Below, piece by piece: positions 12,045 through 26,069 of a DNA stretch of 64,000 nucleotides. Made by a program: the position numbers and the translations under genes. This DNA is from Paramoeba atlantica (Eukaryota; Protista; Discosea): contig CDRNVI010000087.1 in NCBI GenBank assembly GCA_977017575.1, positions 248,001-312,000 of the forward strand, read 5' to 3'. The notes beneath the pieces were generated by a model, which was not told the origin of the DNA, made no database searches, and was given only the letters and a program-made list of their open reading frames with translations. Numbering within the stretch: position 1 is the stretch's first letter; every line of letters begins with the position of its first letter.

Positions 12045-12939
12045 AGGGAGTTGGTCCATCCTTGTTCAGTATACTGGCCAAGGATAGCAACTCCCCATTA
12101 TCTCGGCGTAGCAAACACGCCTTGGCTTGCCTGGCACTGAGATCAGCCAATGGAAAAAAACGCTTTTTTTCGTTAGAGGCCTCCTTTCTCAGCCCAGGGG
12201 CTTCCCACTTAAGGGGCCCGTTCCCATAACCAAGTGATCTCCCCGGCAACACGATTTCATTCGTGCGTCAAGAAGGCTGGGCTATGGGACCAGGGAGCTC
12301 TAGAACAAGTGCAGCAACTTGTGAGCCTAATTCGTTGGACATGAAATGATAGTGTGATTAAATTAGTTCATAGTAAAATTATTTATAAAAAATAATTACA
12401 TATTCGCTTATTCTGAAAATTGGTAATGCAAACGTTTGAACGGCGGCCATTCTCATGTATTGGTCGCTTTGCTCTTGCATAACTTCCGCATGCCACCTTT
12501 TCTTCATCACCCTTTTCATAGGAATAAATTGTTGTTCGGAGAATGGTTTTTTGGAGAATGTTTTACTGTTACTATTTTGTCAGGGCGCGGAATAACATCT
12601 AAACTGATATTTATACTGATATTTTCTGGGATTTTGTCTCATGTTTTGTCTCATACTTCTCAAGACCATTAGAGCTACACTTTTTCCCCATACTTAAATT
12701 TAGCTTGTATTATTGCAACGCGCGATATTTTGTGCTTACCCATACAGTAATAGTCAACACAATAAGCTTAAAATATGATAATGACTAGTACGGTGATAAT
12801 TTTCTGTATCTCTATTTTAAGAAATTTTATTTATCCGTGCATTTAAAAACAATTCAATGCTGACACACGCGACCCCTTCCCTCACGGCCTTCATCTTAGC
12901 TTCAATCCACCCGAAAAGGGTAGATTGAACCGGTAACCA

Positions 12940-13700
12940 TTCTGTCCAAAGTTCTGCAGGTGTTAATGAGTATCGACGACTACGATAACTGTTTCATTTA
13001 TCAGCGCCTTGATGCGTTGAATGATGATGTCTACTGCATCTTGTGGGCTATACGCTTTTGCAACAGCACGTCCGACAGCGGTATTATCTGTTAAAATAAA
13101 AGCGACGGATGGATTGTGTGCCATCAACTGATTTTTCACAACCCTTTTTCGAAGGCTATAGCCTCGTCCATAGCAATCGGCAGTTCCTCCCCTTGCAAAC
13201 TTTGATATTCAACACCTCTTTCATTTCTAAATACTCCTCTTCGTATGGCAGTAATCTCATCACTCAGAGTGTAAGTAGCCCAACGGGTAGGTGTGGGATC
13301 GACTGTTATGCTCAAAATAGAATCTTTTTATGTGGTATAGATGCGATTTTGCATGGGACCACAAAGGCTTTAATGACAATATCAAATGTTTCATAGAATC
13401 GACAGGACTCTTGATTTCGTCCAATTCCGCGTCCCAGTTGACCATTTTGCCAAGAGAACTCTGAGCTTTCGATGCTCTCCCGAGTCCTATACGGTCCGCT
13501 GCCACTACTGATCCCGCGAAGCGGTAAAAACCTAGGAGGCTAAAGTACGTACGAGGAGTGTATTTCATTGTTGTCCGCACTATTTGATGCCATGGTGGTA
13601 AGGGAGTTCAGCACACGCATATCTAATATCGCCCGAGCCTTTGATTCAGTTTTCAGCACGGCCAAATACTTAGATAGAACAGGTATTGTGCCAGTGGGGT
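12940..13700 (-). pseudogene. DIRS/VIPER/TATE-like RT-RNase H relic (unit 1)
   Basis: SKYLAVLKTESKARAILDMRVLN (RT N-terminus); RT core deleted; linker YFSLLGFYRFAGSVV...WD; RNase H ITVDPTPTRWA / IAMDEAIAF / ILTDNTAVGRAVAKAYS. Frameshifts and stops. Confidence 0.65.
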
Positions 13701-14381
13701 TGCTTTGAAGTCCTCAAGAGCGCCACACGACGTGAGGTACGCCAAGTGCCGAAACCAACGTTTTCCGAATGTATTAGTTGTGTTCCGATGTATTAGTTGT
13801 GATGGGCAGTGGTTCCTTATTCTGAAGAGGGTCCCTATTCAGAAGGCTAGTCGCGTGCACTGTATAAGGTGTATTGGCTATGGATGTGCCAAGCTCAAAT
13901 CTGCCACCTCCTACGGTTTTTAACTCCGCAAGAGGTATATCGTTGTCCGCTATTCTCCCGCGAACGCCGGCCGTTTCTTTGCTAGAGAACGAAACATGAT
14001 GCAAGACAATACCTGGACCCGAACTACGCGTACTATCTAATTGTGCAAAGTCTCTCTTTTTGATTATTGAGCTCTCACGACACGAATTTTATACCCCCCC
14101 GGAAATTGGTGACCCCCCTGTATAGTTACTATAAACTTTTTTTAAAAACTTTAAAAAGGTTCGGCGAAAGATTTTCGCCAAGTTGATATTTTAGTTAATT
14201 GTTTTTCCGGAAAAAAATCCGATCTTGGTGGACCCTTCCTGTAGATACCGGGGGGTTATTTGTTCACCTTTTCAGTAAGCGGTCGTAGTAAGTAGGTGCC
14301 TCCACAGTCATCCCAGTGTGAAACACAACCTGTAATTGTACTTATTTACACTACTTCAAGGTTAGGTAAACATTGATTATT

Positions 14382-15107
14382 ATGATGTTTTGCTCACTGC
14401 TTTCGGCTGATGTAACGGAACCGTTAAGAAAGGAAGCCCGAAAAGAAACGAACTCTTCTGACACGACGCTTTCCACAAGTAGTTCTAATGTGACTGGAAA
14501 ATCTCGTCCATCCAAAGTCAGTGCCGTATCGTTACCCGTGGAGTACGATTTGATGAGACTCGTAGAAAACCCTCCACGCTCATGGTCCACCGATACTCCG
14601 GGATGTAGATGGGATGGGGTCAGATGTAACGACAAGGGCGACGTGATTTGGATGAACTGGAGTGGCAGGATGGGCGAGGACAGTAGCAAGAAACTGCAAG
14701 GTCAGTTCAATGTAAAATATTTGCCGTACGAACTGAAACATTTACGCCTAACGGGAAATTCTCTGTCGGGTGAGTTTCCGTTCGATCAGTTGCCTCCGAA
14801 ATTGGAAGACATTGACATATCGAGGAACCAGTTCACGGGTACTCCAGATTTTCGTCATTTGCCACCCTTTCTAGTCTATCTTAATATGTCCGACAATAGA
14901 TTTCATGGTCATATTGAATTTGATTTCGTGCACGAAAACTTGCGTCAAATGAGCTTAGCTTTTAATGCAGAACTTGAAGGCTTCCTAAAAATCAGAGACG
15001 AGATAAAGAATCTGTATTATACTGTAGCACGAACAAAGATTACAGTAAGCAATGGTGTGATGGTCCTAAATCGACCGATCGGGAGCGTTTGTGGAATATG
15101 TGGATGA
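14382..15107 (+). CDS. LRR protein (plant-type N-cap W...C.WDGV.C plus LxxLxLxxNxLxG repeats), array copy 1
   Basis: Open ORF from ATG 14382: SWSTDTPGCRWDGVRC, LKHLRLTGNSLSGEF, LEDIDISRNQFTG. Confidence 0.85.
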   Translation: MMFCSLLSADVTEPLRKEARKETNSSDTTLSTSSSNVTGKSRPSKVSAVSLPVEYDLMRLVENPPRSWSTDTPGCRWDGVRCNDKGDVIWMNWSGRMGEDSSKKLQGQFNVKYLPYELKHLRLTGNSLSGEFPFDQLPPKLEDIDISRNQFTGTPDFRHLPPFLVYLNMSDNRFHGHIEFDFVHENLRQMSLAFNAELEGFLKIRDEIKNLYYTVARTKITVSNGVMVLNRPIGSVCGICG

Positions 15108-15861
15108 AGGTACGTTGATATCTACAGTGGGGAATAGGCACGGAAAACGTCAGCATACAAAAAATACTTCAACGGTTGCAAAGATATAATACATTGTGTT
15201 AGATGGGCCTATTTGAACAATAAATAGCGTTATAATAGGCGCAATAATGCTTCACTTTGACCATAAAATAATAATATAGTGTTAGTTTGAATATTATCTT
15301 GTTATTTATAAAAAATAATTACATATTCGCTTATTCTGAAAATTGGTAATGTAAACGTTTGAACGGCGGCCATTCTCATGTATTGGTCGCTTTGCTCTTG
15401 CATAACTTCCGCATGCCACCTTTTCTTCATCACGCTTTTCAGAGGAATAAATTATTGTTCGGAGAATATTTTTTTCGGAGAATGGTTTACTGTTACTATT
15501 TTGTCAGGGCGCGGAATAACATCTAAACTGATATTTATACGGATATTTTCTTGGATTTTTCCATGTTTTGTCTCATACTTCTCAAGACCATTAGAGCTAC
15601 ACTTTTTCCCCATACTTAAATTTAGCTTGTATTATTGCAACGCGCGATATTTTGTGCTTACCCATACAGTAATAGTCAACACAATAAGCTTAAAATATGA
15701 TAATGACTAGTACAGTGATTATTTTCTGTATCTTTATTTTAAGAAATTTTATTTATCCGTGCATTTAAAAACAATTCAATGCTGACACACGCGACCCCTT
15801 CCCTCACGGCCTTCATCTTAGCTTCAATCCACCCGAAAAGGGTAGATTGAACCGGTAACCA

Positions 15862-16622
15862 TTCTGTCCAAAGTTCTGCAGGTGTCAATGAGTATCGACG
15901 ACTACGATAACTGTTTCATTTATCAGCGCCTTGATGCGTTGAATGATGATGTCTACTGCATCTTGTGGGCTATACGCTTTTGCAACAGCACGTCCGACAG
16001 CGGTATTATCTGTTAAAATAAAAGCGACGGATGGATTGTGTGCCATCAACTGATTTTTCACAACCCTTTTTCGAAGGCTATAGCCTCGTCCATAGCAATC
16101 GGAAGTTCCTCCCCTTGCAAACTTTGATATTCAACACCTCTTTCATTTCTAAATACTCCTCTTCGTAAGGCAGTAATCTCATCACTCAGAGTGTAAGTAG
16201 CCCAACGGGTAGGTGTGGGATCGACTGTTATGCTCAAAATAGAATCTTTTTATGTGGTATAGATGCGATTTTGCATGGGACCACAAAGGCTTTAATGACA
16301 ATATCAAATGTTTCATAGAATCGACAGGACTCTTGATTTCGTCCAATTCCGCGTCCCAGTTGACCATTTTGCCAAGAGAACTCTGAGCTTTCGATGCTCT
16401 CCCGAGTCCTATACGGTCCGCTGCCACTACTGATCCCGCGAAGCGGTAAAAACCTAGGAGGCTAAAGTACGTACGAGGAGTGTATTTCATTGTTGTCCGC
16501 ACTATTTGATGCCATGGTGGTAAGGGAGTTCAGCACACGCATATCTAATATCGCCCGAGCCTTTGATTCAGTTTTCAGCACGGCCAAATACTTAGATAGA
16601 ACAGGTATTGTGCCAGTGGGGT
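15862..16622 (-). pseudogene. YR-retroelement RT-RNase H relic (unit 2)
   Basis: Copy of 12940..13700 at +2922. Confidence 0.65.
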
Positions 16623-17303
16623 TGCTTTGAAGTCCTCAAGAGCGCCACACGACGTGAGGTACGCCAAGTGCCGAAACCAACGTTTTCCGAATGTATTAGT
16701 TGTGTTCCGATGTATTAGTTGTGATGGGCAGTGGTTCCTTATTCTGAAGAGGGTCCCTATTCAGAAGGCTAGTCGCGTGCACTGTATAAGGTGTATTGGC
16801 TATGGATGTGCCAAGCTCAAATCTGCCACCTCCTACGGTTTTTAACTCCGCAAGAGGTATATCGTTGTCCGCTATTCTCCCGCGAACGCCGGCCGTTTCT
16901 TTGCTAGAGAACGAAACATGATGCAAGACAATACCTGGACCCGAACTACGCGTACTATCTAATTGTGCAAAGTCTCTCTTTTTGATTATTGAGCTCTCAC
17001 GACACGAATTTTATACCCCCCCGGAAATTGGTGACCCCCCTGTATAGTTACTATAAACTTTTTTTAAAAACTTTAAAAAGGTTCGGCGAAAGATTTTCGC
17101 CAAGTTGATATTTTAGTTAATTGTTTTTCCGGAAAAAAATCCGATCTTGGTGGACCCTTCCTGTAGATACCGGGGGGTTATTTGTTCACCTTTTCAGTAA
17201 GCGGTCGTAGTAAGTAGGTGCCTCCACAGTCATCCCAGTGTGAAACACAACCTGTAATTGTACTTATTTACACTACTTCAAGGTTAGGTAAACATTGATT
17301 ATT

Positions 17304-18029
17304 ATGATGTTTTGCTCACTGCTTTCGGCTGATGTAACGGAACCGTTAAGAAAGGAAGCCCGAAAAGAAACGAACTCTTCTGACACGACGCTTTCCACAA
17401 GTAGTTCTAATGTGACTGGAAAATCTCGTCCATCCAAAGTCAGTGCCGTATCGTTACCCGTGGAGTACGATTTGATGAGACTCGTAGAAAACCCTCCACG
17501 CTCATGGTCCACCGATACTCCGGGATGTAGATGGGATGGGGTCAGATGTAACGACAAGGGCGACGTGATTTGGATGAACTGGAGTGGCAGGATGGGCGAG
17601 GACAGTAGCAAGAAACTGCAAGGTCAGTTCAATGTAAAATATTTGCCGTACGAACTGAAACATTTACGCCTAACGGGAAATTCTCTGTCGGGTGAGTTTC
17701 CGTTCGATCAGTTGCCTCCGAAATTGGAAGACATTGACATATCGAGGAACCAGTTCACGGGTACTCCAGATTTTCGTCATTTGCCACCCTTTCTAGTCTA
17801 TCTTAATATGTCCGACAATAGATTTCATGGTCATATTGAATTTGATTTCGTGCACGAAAACTTGCGTCAAATGAGCTTAGCTTTTAATGCAGAACTTGAA
17901 GGCTTCCTAAAAATCAGAGACGAGATAAAGAATCTGTATTATACTGTAGCACGAACAAAGATTACAGTAAGCAATGGTGTGATGGTCCTAAATCGACCGA
18001 TCGGGAGCGTTTGTGGAATATGTGGATGA
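17304..18029 (+). CDS. LRR protein, array copy 2
   Basis: Translation identical to copy 1. Confidence 0.85.
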   Translation: MMFCSLLSADVTEPLRKEARKETNSSDTTLSTSSSNVTGKSRPSKVSAVSLPVEYDLMRLVENPPRSWSTDTPGCRWDGVRCNDKGDVIWMNWSGRMGEDSSKKLQGQFNVKYLPYELKHLRLTGNSLSGEFPFDQLPPKLEDIDISRNQFTGTPDFRHLPPFLVYLNMSDNRFHGHIEFDFVHENLRQMSLAFNAELEGFLKIRDEIKNLYYTVARTKITVSNGVMVLNRPIGSVCGICG

Positions 18030-18783
18030 AGGTACGTTGATATCTACAGTGGGGAATAGGCACGGAAAACGTCAGCATACAAAAAATACTTCAACGGTTG
18101 CAAAGATATAATACATTGTGTTAGATGGGCCTATTTGAACAATAAATAGCGTTATAATAGGCGCAATAATGCTTCACTTTGACCATAAAATAATAATATA
18201 GTGTTAGTTTGAATATTATCTTGTTATTTATAAAAAATAATTACATATTCGCTTATTCTGAAAATTGGTAATGTAAACGTTTGAACGGCGGCCATTCTCA
18301 TGTATTGGTCGCTTTGCTCTTGCATAACTTCCGCATGCCACCTTTTCTTCATCACGCTTTTCAGAGGAATAAATTATTGTTCGGAGAATATTTTTTTCGG
18401 AGAATGGTTTACTGTTACTATTTTGTCAGGGCGCGGAATAACATCTAAACTGATATTTATACGGATATTTTCTTGGATTTTTCCATGTTTTGTCTCATAC
18501 TTCTCAAGACCATTAGAGCTACACTTTTTCCCCATACTTAAATTTAGCTTGTATTATTGCAACGCGCGATATTTTGTGCTTACCCATACAGTAATAGTCA
18601 ACACAATAAGCTTAAAATATGATAATGACTAGTACAGTGATTATTTTCTGTATCTTTATTTTAAGAAATTTTATTTATCCGTGCATTTAAAAACAATTCA
18701 ATGCTGACACACGCGACCCCTTCCCTCACGGCCTTCATCTTAGCTTCAATCCACCCGAAAAGGGTAGATTGAACCGGTAACCA

Positions 18784-19544
18784 TTCTGTCCAAAGTTCTG
18801 CAGGTGTCAATGAGTATCGACGACTACGATAACTGTTTCATTTATCAGCGCCTTGATGCGTTGAATGATGATGTCTACTGCATCTTGTGGGCTATACGCT
18901 TTTGCAACAGCACGTCCGACAGCGGTATTATCTGTTAAAATAAAAGCGACGGATGGATTGTGTGCCATCAACTGATTTTTCACAACCCTTTTTCGAAGGC
19001 TATAGCCTCGTCCATAGCAATCGGAAGTTCCTCCCCTTGCAAACTTTGATATTCAACACCTCTTTCATTTCTAAATACTCCTCTTCGTAAGGCAGTAATC
19101 TCATCACTCAGAGTGTAAGTAGCCCAACGGGTAGGTGTGGGATCGACTGTTATGCTCAAAATAGAATCTTTTTATGTGGTATAGATGCGATTTTGCATGG
19201 GACCACAAAGGCTTTAATGACAATATCAAATGTTTCATAGAATCGACAGGACTCTTGATTTCGTCCAATTCCGCGTCCCAGTTGACCATTTTGCCAAGAG
19301 AACTCTGAGCTTTCGATGCTCTCCCGAGTCCTATACGGTCCGCTGCCACTACTGATCCCGCGAAGCGGTAAAAACCTAGGAGGCTAAAGTACGTACGAGG
19401 AGTGTATTTCATTGTTGTCCGCACTATTTGATGCCATGGTGGTAAGGGAGTTCAGCACACGCATATCTAATATCGCCCGAGCCTTTGATTCAGTTTTCAG
19501 CACGGCCAAATACTTAGATAGAACAGGTATTGTGCCAGTGGGGT
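18784..19544 (-). pseudogene. YR-retroelement RT-RNase H relic (unit 3)
   Basis: Copy at +5844. Confidence 0.65.
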
Positions 19545-20225
19545 TGCTTTGAAGTCCTCAAGAGCGCCACACGACGTGAGGTACGCCAAGTGCCGAAACC
19601 AACGTTTTCCGAATGTATTAGTTGTGTTCCGATGTATTAGTTGTGATGGGCAGTGGTTCCTTATTCTGAAGAGGGTCCCTATTCAGAAGGCTAGTCGCGT
19701 GCACTGTATAAGGTGTATTGGCTATGGATGTGCCAAGCTCAAATCTGCCACCTCCTACGGTTTTTAACTCCGCAAGAGGTATATCGTTGTCCGCTATTCT
19801 CCCGCGAACGCCGGCCGTTTCTTTGCTAGAGAACGAAACATGATGCAAGACAATACCTGGACCCGAACTACGCGTACTATCTAATTGTGCAAAGTCTCTC
19901 TTTTTGATTATTGAGCTCTCACGACACGAATTTTATACCCCCCCGGAAATTGGTGACCCCCCTGTATAGTTACTATAAACTTTTTTTAAAAACTTTAAAA
20001 AGGTTCGGCGAAAGATTTTCGCCAAGTTGATATTTTAGTTAATTGTTTTTCCGGAAAAAAATCCGATCTTGGTGGACCCTTCCTGTAGATACCGGGGGGT
20101 TATTTGTTCACCTTTTCAGTAAGCGGTCGTAGTAAGTAGGTGCCTCCACAGTCATCCCAGTGTGAAACACAACCTGTAATTGTACTTATTTACACTACTT
20201 CAAGGTTAGGTAAACATTGATTATT

Positions 20226-20951
20226 ATGATGTTTTGCTCACTGCTTTCGGCTGATGTAACGGAACCGTTAAGAAAGGAAGCCCGAAAAGAAACGAACTCT
20301 TCTGACACGACGCTTTCCACAAGTAGTTCTAATGTGACTGGAAAATCTCGTCCATCCAAAGTCAGTGCCGTATCGTTACCCGTGGAGTACGATTTGATGA
20401 GACTCGTAGAAAACCCTCCACGCTCATGGTCCACCGATACTCCGGGATGTAGATGGGATGGGGTCAGATGTAACGACAAGGGCGACGTGATTTGGATGAA
20501 CTGGAGTGGCAGGATGGGCGAGGACAGTAGCAAGAAACTGCAAGGTCAGTTCAATGTAAAATATTTGCCGTACGAACTGAAACATTTACGCCTAACGGGA
20601 AATTCTCTGTCGGGTGAGTTTCCGTTCGATCAGTTGCCTCCGAAATTGGAAGACATTGACATATCGAGGAACCAGTTCACGGGTACTCCAGATTTTCGTC
20701 ATTTGCCACCCTTTCTAGTCTATCTTAATATGTCCGACAATAGATTTCATGGTCATATTGAATTTGATTTCGTGCACGAAAACTTGCGTCAAATGAGCTT
20801 AGCTTTTAATGCAGAACTTGAAGGCTTCCTAAAAATCAGAGACGAGATAAAGAATCTGTATTATACTGTAGCACGAACAAAGATTACAGTAAGCAATGGT
20901 GTGATGGTCCTAAATCGACCGATCGGGAGCGTTTGTGGAATATGTGGATGA
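20226..20951 (+). CDS. LRR protein, array copy 3
   Basis: Translation identical to copy 1. Confidence 0.85.
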   Translation: MMFCSLLSADVTEPLRKEARKETNSSDTTLSTSSSNVTGKSRPSKVSAVSLPVEYDLMRLVENPPRSWSTDTPGCRWDGVRCNDKGDVIWMNWSGRMGEDSSKKLQGQFNVKYLPYELKHLRLTGNSLSGEFPFDQLPPKLEDIDISRNQFTGTPDFRHLPPFLVYLNMSDNRFHGHIEFDFVHENLRQMSLAFNAELEGFLKIRDEIKNLYYTVARTKITVSNGVMVLNRPIGSVCGICG

Positions 20952-21705
20952 AGGTACGTTGATATCTACAGTGGGGAATAGGCACGGAAAACGTCAGCAT
21001 ACAAAAAATACTTCAACGGTTGCAAAGATATAATACATTGTGTTAGATGGGCCTATTTGAACAATAAATAGCGTTATAATAGGCGCAATAATGCTTCACT
21101 TTGACCATAAAATAATAATATAGTGTTAGTTTGAATATTATCTTGTTATTTATAAAAAATAATTACATATTCGCTTATTCTGAAAATTGGTAATGTAAAC
21201 GTTTGAACGGCGGCCATTCTCATGTATTGGTCGCTTTGCTCTTGCATAACTTCCGCATGCCACCTTTTCTTCATCACGCTTTTCAGAGGAATAAATTATT
21301 GTTCGGAGAATATTTTTTTCGGAGAATGGTTTACTGTTACTATTTTGTCAGGGCGCGGAATAACATCTAAACTGATATTTATACGGATATTTTCTTGGAT
21401 TTTTCCATGTTTTGTCTCATACTTCTCAAGACCATTAGAGCTACACTTTTTCCCCATACTTAAATTTAGCTTGTATTATTGCAACGCGCGATATTTTGTG
21501 CTTACCCATACAGTAATAGTCAACACAATAAGCTTAAAATATGATAATGACTAGTACAGTGATTATTTTCTGTATCTTTATTTTAAGAAATTTTATTTAT
21601 CCGTGCATTTAAAAACAATTCAATGCTGACACACGCGACCCCTTCCCTCACGGCCTTCATCTTAGCTTCAATCCACCCGAAAAGGGTAGATTGAACCGGT
21701 AACCA

Positions 21706-22466
21706 TTCTGTCCAAAGTTCTGCAGGTGTCAATGAGTATCGACGACTACGATAACTGTTTCATTTATCAGCGCCTTGATGCGTTGAATGATGATGTCTAC
21801 TGCATCTTGTGGGCTATACGCTTTTGCAACAGCACGTCCGACAGCGGTATTATCTGTTAAAATAAAAGCGACGGATGGATTGTGTGCCATCAACTGATTT
21901 TTCACAACCCTTTTTCGAAGGCTATAGCCTCGTCCATAGCAATCGGAAGTTCCTCCCCTTGCAAACTTTGATATTCAACACCTCTTTCATTTCTAAATAC
22001 TCCTCTTCGTAAGGCAGTAATCTCATCACTCAGAGTGTAAGTAGCCCAACGGGTAGGTGTGGGATCGACTGTTATGCTCAAAATAGAATCTTTTTATGTG
22101 GTATAGATGCGATTTTGCATGGGACCACAAAGGCTTTAATGACAATATCAAATGTTTCATAGAATCGACAGGACTCTTGATTTCGTCCAATTCCGCGTCC
22201 CAGTTGACCATTTTGCCAAGAGAACTCTGAGCTTTCGATGCTCTCCCGAGTCCTATACGGTCCGCTGCCACTACTGATCCCGCGAAGCGGTAAAAACCTA
22301 GGAGGCTAAAGTACGTACGAGGAGTGTATTTCATTGTTGTCCGCACTATTTGATGCCATGGTGGTAAGGGAGTTCAGCACACGCATATCTAATATCGCCC
22401 GAGCCTTTGATTCAGTTTTCAGCACGGCCAAATACTTAGATAGAACAGGTATTGTGCCAGTGGGGT
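21706..22466 (-). pseudogene. YR-retroelement RT-RNase H relic (unit 4)
   Basis: Copy at +8766. Confidence 0.65.
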
Positions 22467-23147
22467 TGCTTTGAAGTCCTCAAGAGCGCCACACGACGTG
22501 AGGTACGCCAAGTGCCGAAACCAACGTTTTCCGAATGTATTAGTTGTGTTCCGATGTATTAGTTGTGATGGGCAGTGGTTCCTTATTCTGAAGAGGGTCC
22601 CTATTCAGAAGGCTAGTCGCGTGCACTGTATAAGGTGTATTGGCTATGGATGTGCCAAGCTCAAATCTGCCACCTCCTACGGTTTTTAACTCCGCAAGAG
22701 GTATATCGTTGTCCGCTATTCTCCCGCGAACGCCGGCCGTTTCTTTGCTAGAGAACGAAACATGGTGCAAGACAATACCTGGACCCGAACTACGCGTACT
22801 ATCTAATTGTGCAAAGTCTCTCTTTTTGATTATTGAGCTCTCACGACACGAATTTTATACCCCCCCGGAAATTGGTGACCCCCCTGTATAGTTACTATAA
22901 ACTTTTTTTAAAAACTTTAAAAAGGTTCGGCGAAAGATTTTCGCCAAGTTGATATTTTAGTTAATTGTTTTTCCGGAAAAAAATCCGATCTTGGTGGACC
23001 CTTCCTGTAGATACCGGGGGGTTATTTGTTCACCTTTTCAGTAAGCGGTCGTAGTAAGTAGGTGCCTCCACAGTCATCCCAGTGTGAAACACAACCTGTA
23101 ATTGTACTTATTTACACTACTTCAAGGTTAGGTAAACATTGATTATT

Positions 23148-23873
23148 ATGATGTTTTGCTCACTGCTTTCGGCTGATGTAACGGAACCGTTAAGAAAGGA
23201 AGCCCGAAAAGAAACGAACTCTTCTGACACGACGCTTTCCACAAGTAGTTCTAATGTGACTGGAAAATCTCGTCCATCCAAAGTCAGTGCCGTATCGTTA
23301 CCCGTGGAGTACGATTTGATGAGACTCGTAGAAAACCCTCCACGCTCATGGTCCACCGATACTCCGGGATGTAGATGGGATGGGGTCAGATGTAACGACA
23401 AGGGCGACGTGATTTGGATGAACTGGAGTGGCAGGATGGGCGAGGACAGTAGCAAGAAACTGCAAGGTCAGTTCAATGTAAAATATTTGCCGTACGAACT
23501 GAAACATTTACGCCTAACGGGAAATTCTCTGTCGGGTGAGTTTCCGTTCGATCAGTTGCCTCCGAAATTGGAAGACATTGACATATCGAGGAACCAGTTC
23601 ACGGGTACTCCAGATTTTCGTCATTTGCCACCCTTTCTAGTCTATCTTAATATGTCCGACAATAGATTTCATGGTCATATTGAATTTGATTTCGTGCACG
23701 AAAACTTGCGTCAAATGAGCTTAGCTTTTAATGCAGAACTTGAAGGCTTCCTAAAAATCAGAGACGAGATAAAGAATCTGTATTATACTGTAGCACGAAC
23801 AAAGATTACAGTAAGCAATGGTGTGATGGTCCTAAATCGACCGATCGGGAGCGTTTGTGGAATATGTGGATGA
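23148..23873 (+). CDS. LRR protein, array copy 4
   Basis: Translation identical to copy 1. Confidence 0.85.
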   Translation: MMFCSLLSADVTEPLRKEARKETNSSDTTLSTSSSNVTGKSRPSKVSAVSLPVEYDLMRLVENPPRSWSTDTPGCRWDGVRCNDKGDVIWMNWSGRMGEDSSKKLQGQFNVKYLPYELKHLRLTGNSLSGEFPFDQLPPKLEDIDISRNQFTGTPDFRHLPPFLVYLNMSDNRFHGHIEFDFVHENLRQMSLAFNAELEGFLKIRDEIKNLYYTVARTKITVSNGVMVLNRPIGSVCGICG

Positions 23874-24627
23874 AGGTACGTTGATATCTACAGTGGGGAA
23901 TAGGCACGGAAAACGTCAGCATACAAAAAATACTTCAACGGTTGCAAAGATATAATACATTGTGTTAGATGGGCCTATTTGAACAATAAATAGCGTTATA
24001 ATAGGCGCAATAATGCTTCACTTTGACCATAAAATAATAATATAGTGTTCGTTTGAATATTATCTTGTTATTTATAAAAAATAATTACATATTCGCTTAT
24101 TCTGAAAATTGGTAATGTAAACGTTTGAACGGCGGCCATTCTCATGTATTGGTCGCTTTGCTCTTGCATAACTTCCGCATGCCACCTTTTCTTCATCACG
24201 CTTTTCAGAGGAATAAATTATTGTTCGGAGAATATTTTTTTCGGAGAATGGTTTACTGTTACTATTTTGTCAGGGCGCGGAATAACATCTAAACTGATAT
24301 TTATACGGATATTTTCTTGGATTTTTCCATGTTTTGTCTCATACTTCTCAAGACCATTAGAGCTACACTTTTTCCCCATACTTAAATTTAGCTTGTATTA
24401 TTGCAACGCGCGATATTTTGTGCTTACCCATACAGTAATAGTCAACACAATAAGCTTAAAATATGATAATGACTAGTACAGTGATTATTTTCTGTATCTT
24501 TATTTTAAGAAATTTTATTTATCCGTGCATTTAAAAACAATTCAATGCTGACACACGCGACCCCTTCCCTCACGGCCTTCATCTTAGCTTCAATCCACCC
24601 GAAAAGGGTAGATTGAACCGGTAACCA

Positions 24628-25388
24628 TTCTGTCCAAAGTTCTGCAGGTGTCAATGAGTATCGACGACTACGATAACTGTTTCATTTATCAGCGCCTTGA
24701 TGCGTTGAATGATGATGTCTACTGCATCTTGTGGGCTATACGCTTTTGCAACAGCACGTCCGACAGCGGTATTATCTGTTAAAATAAAAGCGACGGATGG
24801 ATTGTGTGCCATCAACTGATTTTTCACAACCCTTTTTCGAAGGCTATAGCCTCGTCCATAGCAATCGGAAGTTCCTCCCCTTGCAAACTTTGATATTCAA
24901 CACCTCTTTCATTTCTAAATACTCCTCTTCGTAAGGCAGTAATCTCATCACTCAGAGTGTAAGTAGCCCAACGGGTAGGTGTGGGATCGACTGTTATGCT
25001 CAAAATAGAATCTTTTTATGTGGTATAGATGCGATTTTGCATGGGACCACAAAGGCTTTAATGACAATATCAAATGTTTCATAGAATCGACAGGACTCTT
25101 GATTTCGTCCAATTCCGCGTCCCAGTTGACCATTTTGCCAAGAGAACTCTGAGCTTTCGATGCTCTCCCGAGTCCTATACGGTCCGCTGCCACTACTGAT
25201 CCCGCGAAGCGGTAAAAACCTAGGAGGCTAAAGTACGTACGAGGAGTGTATTTCATTGTTGTCCGCACTATTTGATGCCATGGTGGTAAGGGAGTTCAGC
25301 ACACGCATATCTAATATCGCCCGAGCCTTTGATTCAGTTTTCAGCACGGCCAAATACTTAGATAGAACAGGTATTGTGCCAGTGGGGT
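24628..25388 (-). pseudogene. YR-retroelement RT-RNase H relic (unit 5)
   Basis: Copy at +11688. Confidence 0.65.
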
Positions 25389-26069
25389 TGCTTTGAAGTC
25401 CTCAAGAGCGCCACACGACGTGAGGTACGCCAAGTGCCGAAACCAACGTTTTCCGAATGTATTAGTTGTGTTCCGATGTATTAGTTGTGATGGGCAGTGG
25501 TTCCTTATTCTGAAGAGGGTCCCTATTCAGAAGGCTAGTCGCGTGCACTGTATAAGGTGTATTGGCTATGGATGTGCCAAGCTCAAATCTGCCACCTCCT
25601 ACGGTTTTTAACTCCGCAAGAGGTATATCGTTGTCCGCTATTCTCCCGCGAACGCCGGCCGTTTCTTTGCTAGAGAACGAAACATGGTGCAAGACAATAC
25701 CTGGACCCGAACTACGCGTACTATCTAATTGTGCAAAGTCTCTCTTTTTGATTATTGAGCTCTCACGACACGAATTTTATACCCCCCCGGAAATTGGTGA
25801 CCCCCCTGTATAGTTACTATAAACTTTTTTTAAAAACTTTAAAAAGGTTCGGCGAAAGATTTTCGCCAAGTTGATATTTTAGTTAATTGTTTTTCCGGAA
25901 AAAAATCCGATCTTGGTGGACCCTTCCTGTAGATACCGGGGGGTTATTTGTTCACCTTTTCAGTAAGCGGTCGTAGTAAGTAGGTGCCTCCACAGTCATC
26001 CCAGTGTGAAACACAACCTGTAATTGTACTTATTTACACTACTTCAAGGTTAGGTAAACATTGATTATT

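Noticed and set aside
12045-12300. Upstream half of the Ulp1 gene expected beyond the 5' end of retroelement copy 1
   Set aside because: There is no convincing homology to 52373..52657 in any minus frame, so the pre-insertion site cannot be rebuilt.
14094-14256. Small TA-flanked MITE-like segment related to ~38100..38240 and ~59715..60045
   Set aside because: Similarity is real but patchy and the termini are too short to define an element confidently.
13109-14689. Short ORFs in each array unit (72, 76, 106, 110 and 112 aa) as separate genes
   Set aside because: They are pieces or antisense frames of the RT-RNase H relic and of the LRR gene, or AT-rich intergenic frames.
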